From Nannocystis sp. RBIL2 (GTDB lineage: Bacteria; Myxococcota_A; Polyangia; Nannocystales; Nannocystaceae): a DNA stretch of 64,000 nt. The position numbers and the translations under genes are program-made. Positions within the stretch are counted from its first letter, which is position 1. Each line of letters opens with the position of its first letter. Below the pieces are notes generated by a model that had not been told where the DNA came from, made no database searches, and saw only the letters and a program-made list of their open reading frames with translations. Below are positions 1-8,698 of the stretch, piece after piece. The DNA lies in assembly GCF_026626745.1 (NCBI RefSeq), contig NZ_JAPNJW010000002.1, positions 1,190,151 through 1,254,150 of the forward strand. Reading direction: 5' to 3'.

Positions 1-134
1 GTGTGACCGCAATGGTTGCAGCGCAGCTGGTCCGAGCCGGGCGAGTACTCGAGGGCCGAGCCGCACTGCTCGCAGGGGAACGTCAGCTTGCCCTCACCGA
101 GGGCCACGTTGGTTTCGGGGTCGCGCTCGGCCAT
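1..134 (-). CDS. zinc-ribbon domain protein, N-terminal fragment (continues beyond window start)
   Basis: Reverse-strand ATG near 132-134 reads MAERDPETNVALGEGKLTFPCEQCGSALEYSPGSDQLRCNHCGH with two CxxC pairs; truncated by the window edge and too short for the ORF track. Confidence 0.3.
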   Translation of the reverse strand, partial: MAERDPETNVALGEGKLTFPCEQCGSALEYSPGSDQLRCNHCGH

Positions 135-214
135 CCGGCGCGAGTGTACCCGAGCGCCCGGGTCGCTTGCGACGGACCGCACCGCACCGCTCGGCGGTGC
201 GCTATCGTGCCTCC

Positions 215-1858
215 ATGACCCGCCTCCGGCAGGCCCTTGCCTCGCTCGCGCTGCTCGTGCCTGCGGCCTCCGCCCGCGCCGCCGAGACCGTCCAGGAGCT
301 CAAGGGACAGGTCCCGATGGACAGCCTCGACCACTTCTTCGTCGCCTTCGACGTCCCGGCCGGCACGCGCGAGATCGAGATCGCCCACGACGACCTCTCG
401 GACGACAACATCCTCGACTGGGGCCTCGTCGACCCGCAGGGTGTGTTCCGCGGCTGGGGCGGCGGCAACGACGAGAACGCAGTCGTCGGCGAGGCCGCCG
501 CCTCGCGCTCCTACGTCCCCGGCCCGATCGCCGCCGGCACGTGGAGCGTCGTCGTCGGCAAGGCCAAGCTCGCCGCGCCGCCCGGCGAGTACCTGATCAC
601 CATCACCCTGCGCGACGCCCCGACCTTGCCGGCCCAGCCCGAGCGCGCGCCCTATCAGCCGGTCACGCTCGGCGGCGGCCCGCGCTGGTACGCCGGCGAC
701 TTCCACGTCCACTCGCGCGAGAGCGGCGACGCCTCGCCGACCCTCGACGCCATCGCCGAGTTCGCGCGCGGCCGCGGCCTCGACTTCGTGGTCGTCACCG
801 ACCACAACACCACCTCGCACCTCGACTTCTTCGCCGACGCCCAGGCCCGTCACCCTGACCTCCTGTTCGTCCCCGGCTGCGAGTTCACCACCTACGCCGG
901 CCACATGAACGCCATCGGCGCGACCGCCTGGGTCGACCACAAGCTCGGCCAGCCCGGCGTCAGCATCACCGCCGCGGCCGACGCCTACGACCTGCAGGGC
1001 GCCGTGCTCAGCGCCAATCACCCCGCCCTCGCGCTCGGCGATCTGTGCATCGGCTGCGCCTGGCAGCTCGACCTCGACCCTGCCCGCCTCGGCGCCGTCG
1101 AGATCGCGACCGGCGGCCTCGACAAGGCCGGCATGTTCTTCACCGACGACGCCATGCGCTTCTGGGACGACCTGTGCGACCAGGGCCATCGCCCGGCCCC
1201 GATCGGCGGCAGCGACGATCACAAGGCCGGCCTCGACCTCGGCGGCTTCGACAGCCCGATCGGCGACCCCACCACCCTCGTGTACGCCGACTCCCTCGGC
1301 GTCGACGCGATCCTCGCCGGACTCCGCGCCGGCCGCACCGTCGTCAAGCTGCAGGGCCCGGCCGATCCGATGCTCGAGCTGTCCTCCGGGACACACGTCC
1401 CCGGGGACAGCCTCGAAGCGAGCCAGGCCGTCGTCAGCGTGCGGGTCGCCGGCGCCCCTGCGGGCGCGAGCGTCCGTCTGGTCCGCGACCGCAAGCCCCT
1501 GGAGGCGGTGCCCGTCGCCGGCGACCCTTTCACCCACGAATTCCTCGTCGAGCCGCCCGCCGCCGGCTACACGCGCGTCCGCGCCGAGGTCCTCGTCGAC
1601 GGCAAGCCGCGCACCGTCACCAACCACCTGTGGATCGCCGCGCCGCCGGCCGAAGCCCCAACCACCGGCCCCGAGACCACCGGCGACCCGACCACCGGCC
1701 CCGAGCCCACCACGAACACCGGCAGCTCCGAGCCCGGCACCGCCAGCGACTCGGCCGGCGCGAGCCCGCCCGAGACCGGCTGCGGCTGCCGCAACGACGG
1801 CCCGCTCTCACCTGTCCTCGCGGCCAGCCTGCTCGCGCTCCGCCGCCGCCGCCGCTGA
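215..1858 (+). CDS. secreted PHP-domain metal-dependent phosphoesterase with MYXO-CTERM tail
   Basis: ORF 167..1858, Met at 215 begins signal peptide MTRLRQALASLALLVPAASARA; PHP motifs GDFHVHS and VVVTDHN; C-terminus GCGC followed by a hydrophobic helix and RRRRR matches the Myxococcales MYXO-CTERM pattern. Confidence 0.75.
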   Translation: MTRLRQALASLALLVPAASARAAETVQELKGQVPMDSLDHFFVAFDVPAGTREIEIAHDDLSDDNILDWGLVDPQGVFRGWGGGNDENAVVGEAAASRSYVPGPIAAGTWSVVVGKAKLAAPPGEYLITITLRDAPTLPAQPERAPYQPVTLGGGPRWYAGDFHVHSRESGDASPTLDAIAEFARGRGLDFVVVTDHNTTSHLDFFADAQARHPDLLFVPGCEFTTYAGHMNAIGATAWVDHKLGQPGVSITAAADAYDLQGAVLSANHPALALGDLCIGCAWQLDLDPARLGAVEIATGGLDKAGMFFTDDAMRFWDDLCDQGHRPAPIGGSDDHKAGLDLGGFDSPIGDPTTLVYADSLGVDAILAGLRAGRTVVKLQGPADPMLELSSGTHVPGDSLEASQAVVSVRVAGAPAGASVRLVRDRKPLEAVPVAGDPFTHEFLVEPPAAGYTRVRAEVLVDGKPRTVTNHLWIAAPPAEAPTTGPETTGDPTTGPEPTTNTGSSEPGTASDSAGASPPETGCGCRNDGPLSPVLAASLLALRRRRR

Positions 1859-1886
1859 CGCTCCACAGACCAAACGAGCATCTCAA

Positions 1887-1909
1887 GACATGTCCTTCAG
1901 GGCATGTCC
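1887..1909. repeat. GGACATGYCC-family palindromic element
   Basis: AGACATGTCC ... GGGCATGTCC between the PHP gene and the methyltransferase. Confidence 0.7.
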
Positions 1910-1935
1910 TTTCAATCACACTTAGCACCCGCCCG

Positions 1936-2697
1936 TCACACCGCCCGCAGCACGTAGAACGAGTACCCGTAGTCCTCGGCGTGCGCGCGGAACATCGCCA
2001 CCTCCGCCTCCGTCTCGCGGATGGCCGCTCGCATCGCAGCGTCCGCCGTCTCACGGACCTCGTCCACCCGGCGCAGGCGCGGCCCGTAGTAGTTGTCCCA
2101 CCACGCTCGCGCCGGCAGCCGATGCACGCTCAGCACCGCGAACCCTGCCTCACGCGCCCGCGCGGCGTTCGTCGCCTCGGTCCCCATCGTCGGATAACCG
2201 GCCGCCCAGTACTCGCGCGCCGCCGCGGCCGGCGTCTCGGTCCACCAGCTCGCCTCCGAGATCACCGCGACCCCGCCCTGCGCCACCAGCGGTCGCCAGC
2301 GCTGCACCGCGCCCGCGAACGTCAGGTGGTACGCAGCCCCCTCCGACCACAGCAAGTCGATCGATCCCGCCGGCCAGTCGAGCGCTGCGAAGTCGGCCTC
2401 CACCGCGCGCACGAGCGACGCGAGCCCGCGCTCGTGCGCCCGCGCCTCGAGCTGGTCGAGGAACGCCCGCAGGCCATCGACCGCGATCACCGGCACCCCG
2501 AACGTCTCCGCCAGGAGCAGCGCCCCGGCCCCCGCGCCGCAGCCGAGGTCGGCGATCCGCGGCGCCTCCGGCAGCGCCGGCAAGCCCGCCAGGATCTCCC
2601 GGCTGAACTGCGGGTCTCCCGGCCCCATGCGCTCGAGCCCGCGGTGCAGCTCGATGAGCGCGGCCATCATCTCGTCTGGTGTCGGCTCGTCGGCCAT
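1936..2697 (-). CDS. class I SAM-dependent methyltransferase
   Basis: ORF 1936..2955, internal Met MADEPTPDE at 2697; glycine-rich SAM motif LGCGAGAGALLLA; the upstream part of the ORF is Arg-rich frame noise. Confidence 0.8.
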   Translation of the reverse strand: MADEPTPDEMMAALIELHRGLERMGPGDPQFSREILAGLPALPEAPRIADLGCGAGAGALLLAETFGVPVIAVDGLRAFLDQLEARAHERGLASLVRAVEADFAALDWPAGSIDLLWSEGAAYHLTFAGAVQRWRPLVAQGGVAVISEASWWTETPAAAAREYWAAGYPTMGTEATNAARAREAGFAVLSVHRLPARAWWDNYYGPRLRRVDEVRETADAAMRAAIRETEAEVAMFRAHAEDYGYSFYVLRAV

Positions 2698-2830
2698 GCC
2701 GCCACGATACCACCCTTCACCGCCGTCGTCCCGCCAGCGACCGGCCGTCTCATCGCCTGTCTCTTCCATCATGTCCCTTCGGACATGCCCATCCTCCCGC
2801 CGCTCCGCCCCGCGGTGTATGCTCGCGCGC

Positions 2831-3616
2831 ATGTCCACGGACCGCCGGATCTCGACCCAGACACACGGCCACGTGCGGATGATCGGCCTCGACCGCGCCG
2901 CCAAGCGCAACGCCTTCGACCTCGCCATGCTGCGGCAGCTGGCGGAGGCCTTCACCGAATTCGAGGACGATCCGCAGCTGCGCTGCGCCGTCGTGTTCGC
3001 CCACGGCGATCACTTCACCGCCGGCCTCGACCTCGCCGAGGTCGGCCCCGCCGTCGCGCGCGGCGAGCCGCTGTTCCCCGAGGGCGCAGTCGATCCGCTC
3101 GGCCTCCACGGCCGCGTCCGCAGCAAGCCGGTCGTGCTGGCCGTCCAGGGCTTCTGCCTGACCCTCGGCATCGAGTTGATGCTGGCCGCCGACATCCGGA
3201 TCGCCGCCAGCGACGCGCGCTTCGGCCAGATCGAGATCCGGCGCGGGATCTTCCCGTTCGGCGGGGCGACCTTGCGGCTGCCGCAGGTCGCCGGGTGGGG
3301 CAACGCGATGCGCTGGCTCCTCACCGGCGACATGTTCGACGCCGCCGAGGCGCTGCGGATCGGCCTCGCGCAGGAAGTGGTCGAGCCCGGCAAGCAGGTC
3401 GAGCGGGCCGCCGAGATCGCGGCCACGATCGCCGCCCAGGCCCCGCTCGGCGTGCGGGCCACCCTCGCCACCGCCCGCACCACCGTGGAGCGCGGCCCCG
3501 AGGCCGCCCTCGCCGGCATGATGGCCGAGGTCCGCGCGATCATGGGCTCGGACGACGCGCGTGAGGGCATGCAGTCGTTCGTCGAGCGCCGGGCGGCGAA
3601 GTTCACCGGCGCCTGA
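2831..3616 (+). CDS. enoyl-CoA hydratase/isomerase (crotonase) family protein
   Basis: ORF 2627..3616, start MSTDRR at 2831; crotonase fold signatures (FTAGLDL, oxyanion-hole region GFCLTLGIELMLAADIRIAA). Confidence 0.85.
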   Translation: MSTDRRISTQTHGHVRMIGLDRAAKRNAFDLAMLRQLAEAFTEFEDDPQLRCAVVFAHGDHFTAGLDLAEVGPAVARGEPLFPEGAVDPLGLHGRVRSKPVVLAVQGFCLTLGIELMLAADIRIAASDARFGQIEIRRGIFPFGGATLRLPQVAGWGNAMRWLLTGDMFDAAEALRIGLAQEVVEPGKQVERAAEIAATIAAQAPLGVRATLATARTTVERGPEAALAGMMAEVRAIMGSDDAREGMQSFVERRAAKFTGA

Positions 3617-3748
3617 CCTTTGGGCCAGGCCCCGCGGTGAGTCCGCGCAGGACGCCCGTCCGCCGCCGCGCCGGTTCGTGGCGACCCGCGAGGACGGGGT
3701 TATACTCGCGCGGCACGGCGCGGCGACCGCGCCACGAAGGAGACAGCG

Positions 3749-4036
3749 ATGAAGATCGACCTGGAGAAGTTCCTCGCGGCCACCATGCTGCTCGCCACTG
3801 CCACCACCCCGGCCTGCGGCAGCAAGGACGCCAAGAAAGTCGAGACCAAGGCCGACACCAAGACCGCGGCCCCGCCGCCCGCTCAACCCCAGCCGACGCC
3901 GGCGCCGGTCGCCGCTCCGCCCGCCGCGCCCGAGGCTGCCCCGCCGGCGACCCCGCCCGCGCCCGACGCCGCCGACAAGCCCTCCGGCGCCGCCAAGCCC
4001 GACCCGGGCCCCGAGGAAGAGAAGCCGTCCTGGTGA
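3749..4036 (+). CDS. small secreted Pro/Ala-rich protein
   Basis: AAGGAG-like RBS aaggagacagcgATG; N-terminal hydrophobic signal MKIDLEKFLAATMLLATATTPACGS; (A/P)-rich low-complexity body. Confidence 0.55.
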   Translation: MKIDLEKFLAATMLLATATTPACGSKDAKKVETKADTKTAAPPPAQPQPTPAPVAAPPAAPEAAPPATPPAPDAADKPSGAAKPDPGPEEEKPSW

Positions 4037-4042
4037 CCTTTC

Positions 4043-4160
4043 GGGCATGTCCTCTGCGACATGCCCCATCGAACCTGACCTTTTTGCCATGCCCCGAGAG
4101 CCATCCGCGCTCTCGGGGTATTGCTATCTGTCCCGCAGGCCATGTCCCGCGGGACAGCGG
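4043..4160. repeat. cluster of GGACATGYCC-family elements plus palindrome CCGAGAGC-N7-GCTCTCGG
   Basis: GGGCATGTCC, GCGACATGCCCC, CCATGCCCC and TGTCCCGCGGGACA fill the whole 3'-3' intergenic space. Confidence 0.75.
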
Positions 4161-4161
4161 C

Positions 4162-5187
4162 TTAGATCCGCGTCTCGCTGCTCGCCAGGCGCTTCTTGCC
4201 GAGCATCCCCGCGGCGTCGAACCACTCGTAGATGTCGCGCACGCTGTCCGCGAACGGCCGGACCGTGTAGCCGAGCGCGCGCTCGGCCTTGCCGTGGTCG
4301 AAGCGCGCGCGCGTGGCCAGCACCGACAGCGACTCGTGGGTGTAGAGCGGCTCCTGCCGCATCACCGCGCCGGCGACCCCGAACAGCGGCACCCCGACGC
4401 GCGCGAACCAGATCGGCGCCACCAGCCGCGGCGGCTTCACGCCGGTGATCGCCTCGGCGATAGCTCCGATGTCGCGCACGTGCACCGTGTGCCCCGTCAG
4501 CAGGTAGTTCTCGCCGTTCTCGCCGCGGGCCTGCGCGGCCAGCATCCCGGCCACCACGTCGCGCACGTCGACGAAGTCGAACGCCCCGTCGATCAGGCTC
4601 GGCAGCGACCGCCGGTACAGCTGCAGGAACATCCGGCCCATGCGCGACGGTCCGAAGTCGTACGGCCCGATCACGCCCGAGGGATGCACGATCACAGCGT
4701 CGAGGCCGCGACCCATCACCTCGCGGAGCGCCCGCTCGCCGGCCGCCTTCGAGCGGTCGTAGGCGAAGTGGCTCGGCTCGTCGGGCACCCGCGGCCAGCG
4801 CTCGTCGACCTCCACGCCGCTCGTGCCCTCGCGGTAGAGGTCGAACGCGTGGACCGAGCTGCAGTGGACCAGCCGGCGCACGCCCGCGGCCAGCGCCGCC
4901 TCGGCGATCGAGCGCACGCCGTCGACGTTGACCGCGCGCACCAGCCCCCGCGGGTCGCCCGAGATCGAGATCTGGGCCGCGAGGTGATACACGACGTCGA
5001 CTCCCGCGGTCGCGCGGCGCGCCGCGTCCGGATCGCGCACGTCGCCGGTGACGCGTTCGACGTCGAGCCCCGCGAGCGCGCGCTGGGAATTGCGGACGAG
5101 CACGCGGACGCGCTCGCCGCGAGACAGCAACGTACGGACTAGATTCGCGCCGATGTGACCCGCGGCGCCGGTGACGAGGACGGTCAT
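4162..5187 (-). CDS. NAD-dependent epimerase/dehydratase (extended SDR) family protein
   Basis: ORF 4162..5373, Met at 5187 MTVLVTGAAGHIGANLV (Rossmann GxxGxxG); YxxxK region HFAYDRSK. Confidence 0.85.
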   Translation of the reverse strand: MTVLVTGAAGHIGANLVRTLLSRGERVRVLVRNSQRALAGLDVERVTGDVRDPDAARRATAGVDVVYHLAAQISISGDPRGLVRAVNVDGVRSIAEAALAAGVRRLVHCSSVHAFDLYREGTSGVEVDERWPRVPDEPSHFAYDRSKAAGERALREVMGRGLDAVIVHPSGVIGPYDFGPSRMGRMFLQLYRRSLPSLIDGAFDFVDVRDVVAGMLAAQARGENGENYLLTGHTVHVRDIGAIAEAITGVKPPRLVAPIWFARVGVPLFGVAGAVMRQEPLYTHESLSVLATRARFDHGKAERALGYTVRPFADSVRDIYEWFDAAGMLGKKRLASSETRI

Positions 5188-5275
5188 GCGATCGGCGGGA
5201 TGATACAGGCGCGCGGCATTGCGCCTCAAGCCCGACACGACAGCGCAGCACCGTCGGGATAACCTGGACCCGCAG

Positions 5276-8200
5276 ATGTCGCGCGCCGGCGGTGATCCCA
5301 CCCCGCGGTCCTCCGGGCCGGACCCCGATCTCACGCTTGTCGGCGACCCTCCTCCGCGGCCGGATTTCGCCACCGACGAGACTCTGGCCGGAGATCTGTC
5401 GCCCCGCCCGCGGCCCCCCGCGAGCCCGCCGATCCCGCCGCTGGCCCTCGACCGCTCCTCGCTGTCGCAGCGCGAGCGCGCGCTTCAGCTCACCCGCTAC
5501 GTCCTCATGCGTCGCCTCGGCGCCGGCGGCATGGGTGTCGTCTACCTCGCCTACGACCCCAGCCTCGATCGCAAGGTAGCGATCAAGCTGCTGCGCGTGG
5601 CCCCCGGCGACGGCCCGGCCCAGGCCGCGCACGCCCGCCTGCTGCGCGAGGCCCAGGCGCTGGCCCGGCTGTCGCACGGCAACGTCGTCGCGGTCCACGA
5701 CGTCGGCAGCTACGACGCCGACGCCCTCACCACCATGCGGATCGGCCCACACCGCACGGAACCTGTCCCGAAGGACAGGATACCGCAGGCCGCCGGCGTG
5801 TTCCTGGTGATGGAGTACGTCCCCGGCATCACCCTCGCCCAGTGGCTCGACGACCGCGTCCGCGGCGTGCGCGAGGTCCTCGACGTGTTCCTCGCCGCCG
5901 GCCGCGGCCTGGTCGCCGCCCACGCCGTCGGCATCATCCACCGCGACTTCAAGCCCGGCAACGTCCTGGTCGGAGAGACAGGTCGGATCTGCGTGTTCGA
6001 CTTCGGCCTGGCGCGGCCCGCCGGCGAGGTCGAGCCGACGAGCCCCGCTGCTGCGCCCGACCCCGGCGCCCCGATCGATCCGCTGTCCTCGTCGCTGGTG
6101 TCCGGCCCGCTCACCCGCGTCGGCACCCTCGTCGGCACGCCGGCCTACATGGCCCCGGAGCAGCGGGGCGGCGCCGCGATCGACGAGCGCGCCGATCAGT
6201 TCAGCTTCTGCGTCGCGCTCTACGAGGGCCTGTACGGCAACCGCCCGTTCAGCGGCGACAACCTGTTCGCGCTCGAGGCGGCCAAGGCCCGCGGCCGCGT
6301 CGATCCGCCGCGGCGCCCCGCCAAGGTCCCGCCGGCGATCCACCGCGCCATCCTCCGCGGCCTCTCGGCTGAACCCGGGGACAGGTGGCCGTCGATGCAG
6401 GCGCTGCTCGACGCGCTCGAGCGGACGCTGCGGCGCGATCGCAGGCGCTGGGCCCTCGCCGGCGGCGGCGCGCTGCTCGTCGGCGGCGCCGTCGCCTTCG
6501 CTCTCGCCGGTGAAGCGCCCGCGCTGTGCACCGGGGCCGCCGAGGCGCTCGCGCCGACGTGGAACCCCGAGCGCCGCGCCGCCCTCGACGCCGCCTTCGC
6601 GGCCACCGGCCTGCCCTACGCCCCCGACGCGGCCGCGCGCGCCGGCGCGCGCGTCGACGCCTGGGCCGAGGCGTGGATCGCCGGCCACACCGACGCGTGC
6701 GCGGCGGCCAACATCCGCGGCGAACAATCACATGACCTTTTGGACAGGCGCATGCACTGCCTCGAGGATCGCCGCCACGAGCTCGACGCCCTGCTCGGCG
6801 TGCTCGCCGGGGCCGACGCCGACGCAGTCGCGCACGCCCACGACGCCGTCGAGGCCTTGCCGCCCCCGGCCCGCTGCGCCGACCTCGACGCCCTGCGCGC
6901 CGACGTCGCCCCGCCCGCGCCCGCGCTCGTCGAAGCGGTGCAGGGCCTGCGCGACCAGCTCTCGCTCGCCAGCGCCGAGGCTGCGACGGGCCACCCGGGC
7001 GCCGGTCTCAACCTGCTCGAGGCCGCCGAGCAGCGCTCGCGCGACCTCGGCTATCGACCGCTGCGCGCCGAGGTGCTGGCGCAGCTCGCCGACCAGCTGT
7101 TCGTCGCCAGCAAGTACGACGACTGCGTCCGCGTCTACGGCGAGGCCTACTGGGAGGCGCTCGCCGCCGGTCACGATCGCCTGGCCTTCGAGACAGCCAG
7201 CGGCTTCGCCGGCCGCCTGGCGCAGACCCTCGGCCACCCCGACGACGCCCAGCCGTGGCTGCGCCACGCCGAGGCCCTGCACGAGCGCCTCGGTCGCCCG
7301 CCCCGCCTCGGCGGTGACCTCGAGTTCCGCCGCGGCCAGATCGCCGAGGCCCGCCGCGAGTACGGCACCGCCATCGACCACTACCGCCGCTCGCTCGCCG
7401 ACCTGCCCGAGCGCTCGGTCCCCTCCGTCACCACCCGCCAGAACCTCGCCAACGTCCACCTCAGCCTCGGTCAGCTCGAGCCGGCGCAGATCATCTTCGA
7501 GGACCTGCTGGCCCTGCGCCGCGACATCTACGGCGAGGGTCACCCGAACAACGCCTTCTCGCTGGCCGACCTCGGCAACGTCGCCACCCTGCGCGGCGAC
7601 TTCGACACCGCCGAGAAGCACCAGCGCGCCGCCCTGACGATCCTCCGCGCCGCCCTGCCGCCGCGCCACGAGCGGCTCGCGTACCCGCTGTCGGCGCTGG
7701 CCGACATCGCCGCCCAGCGCGGCGACTTCGGCGAGGCCCTCGACGCCTACGAGGAGGCGCGGGCGATCTGGGAGCACAACTTCGGCCCGCTGAGCACCCG
7801 CGTGGCCGCCATGCTCGAGCGCCTCGCTTCGGTCCAGCAGGTGCGCGGCGAGCTCGGTCTGGCCGAGCAGCACGCCACCCGCGCGCTCGCCATCTGGAGC
7901 GCCGCGCAGAGCCCCGACCCCCAGGGCATCGTGCTGGCCCACCTCGCCCTGGCGCAGATCGAGCTCGCCCGCGACAACTACGCCGCCGCCCGCGACCACA
8001 CCGACAAGGCCTTGCCCCTGTCCGTCTCGGTGCTCGGCGAAGACAACCTCTATACCGCCGTCAGCCGGGCGATCCGGGGGGTCGCGCTCGCGGGCCTCGG
8101 CGATCTGTCGGCGGCCGAGCGCGAGGCCGACGCCGCAGTCGCGGCGATCGAGCGCAACTACGGCGGCGACTCGCTGTGGATGTCCGAGGTCCTGACCCCT

Positions 8201-8464
8201 CGCGCCAAGGTGCGGCAGTCGCAAGGTCGCCTCGACGACGCGCGCCGCGACCTCGAGCGCAGCATTTCCTTGCTCGATCCGCGCAACGCCCCCATCCAGC
8301 GCGCCCAGGCCGAATTCCAGCTCGCACAGGTCCTCTGGGACTCTCGCGGAGATCGCGCACAGGCACGTGCCCTCGCTGTTTCGGCGCAGACCCTATTCCG
8401 GAAGGCAGGGGCGAAGCACTACCGGGCCGAGGTCGACGCCTGGCTCGAGCGTCACCCGGCCTGA
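5276..8464 (+). CDS. serine/threonine protein kinase with C-terminal TPR repeats
   Basis: ORF 5219..8464 (TTG); first ATG at 5276; kinase subdomains LGAGGMGVVYLA, VAIK, HRDFKPGNVLV, DFGLAR, GTPAYMAPE; long TPR-like C-terminal half. Confidence 0.9.
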   Translation: MSRAGGDPTPRSSGPDPDLTLVGDPPPRPDFATDETLAGDLSPRPRPPASPPIPPLALDRSSLSQRERALQLTRYVLMRRLGAGGMGVVYLAYDPSLDRKVAIKLLRVAPGDGPAQAAHARLLREAQALARLSHGNVVAVHDVGSYDADALTTMRIGPHRTEPVPKDRIPQAAGVFLVMEYVPGITLAQWLDDRVRGVREVLDVFLAAGRGLVAAHAVGIIHRDFKPGNVLVGETGRICVFDFGLARPAGEVEPTSPAAAPDPGAPIDPLSSSLVSGPLTRVGTLVGTPAYMAPEQRGGAAIDERADQFSFCVALYEGLYGNRPFSGDNLFALEAAKARGRVDPPRRPAKVPPAIHRAILRGLSAEPGDRWPSMQALLDALERTLRRDRRRWALAGGGALLVGGAVAFALAGEAPALCTGAAEALAPTWNPERRAALDAAFAATGLPYAPDAAARAGARVDAWAEAWIAGHTDACAAANIRGEQSHDLLDRRMHCLEDRRHELDALLGVLAGADADAVAHAHDAVEALPPPARCADLDALRADVAPPAPALVEAVQGLRDQLSLASAEAATGHPGAGLNLLEAAEQRSRDLGYRPLRAEVLAQLADQLFVASKYDDCVRVYGEAYWEALAAGHDRLAFETASGFAGRLAQTLGHPDDAQPWLRHAEALHERLGRPPRLGGDLEFRRGQIAEARREYGTAIDHYRRSLADLPERSVPSVTTRQNLANVHLSLGQLEPAQIIFEDLLALRRDIYGEGHPNNAFSLADLGNVATLRGDFDTAEKHQRAALTILRAALPPRHERLAYPLSALADIAAQRGDFGEALDAYEEARAIWEHNFGPLSTRVAAMLERLASVQQVRGELGLAEQHATRALAIWSAAQSPDPQGIVLAHLALAQIELARDNYAAARDHTDKALPLSVSVLGEDNLYTAVSRAIRGVALAGLGDLSAAEREADAAVAAIERNYGGDSLWMSEVLTPRAKVRQSQGRLDDARRDLERSISLLDPRNAPIQRAQAEFQLAQVLWDSRGDRAQARALAVSAQTLFRKAGAKHYRAEVDAWLERHPA
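5762..5779. repeat. perfect 7-bp inverted repeat CCTGTCC-cgaa-GGACAGG inside the kinase catalytic domain (in-frame)
   Basis: Encodes part of an about 20-aa insert (TTMRIGPHRTEPVPKDRIPQAAG) between kinase subdomains IV and V. Confidence 0.7.
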
Positions 8465-8698
8465 TCTTCGCATGTCCTTTCCGCCATGTCGCAATCGACA
8501 TCCGGCGGAAGCCCTAGGGGTTCGAGCGGGGCACCGGAGGCGTGACCGCGGCGACGCCTCGCCCCAGGAAGGTCGCGCCGCGGACCTACCTTGTGCGCCG
8601 GATCGCGGGCCGTCCGCTCGTCGGTCTTGCGACCACGTCACAGAAATTTCGTCGGTCGGCGCTGGCGCATCGGCGAACGTCGTGGGAAAGATCAGCGT

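Noticed and set aside
83-1627. Long antisense or off-frame ORFs in the track (for example 83..1627 -, 4124..6727 -, 6728..8224 -, 8393..9994 -, 19917..21128 -, 32576..34447 -, 43174..44574 -, 49551..51992 -, 1045..3564 +)
   Set aside because: Their translations are Arg/Gly/Ala/Pro-rich low-complexity strings with no motifs. They overlap genes that have clear domain signatures and strong GC3 bias. Open shadow frames like these are expected in 70% GC DNA.
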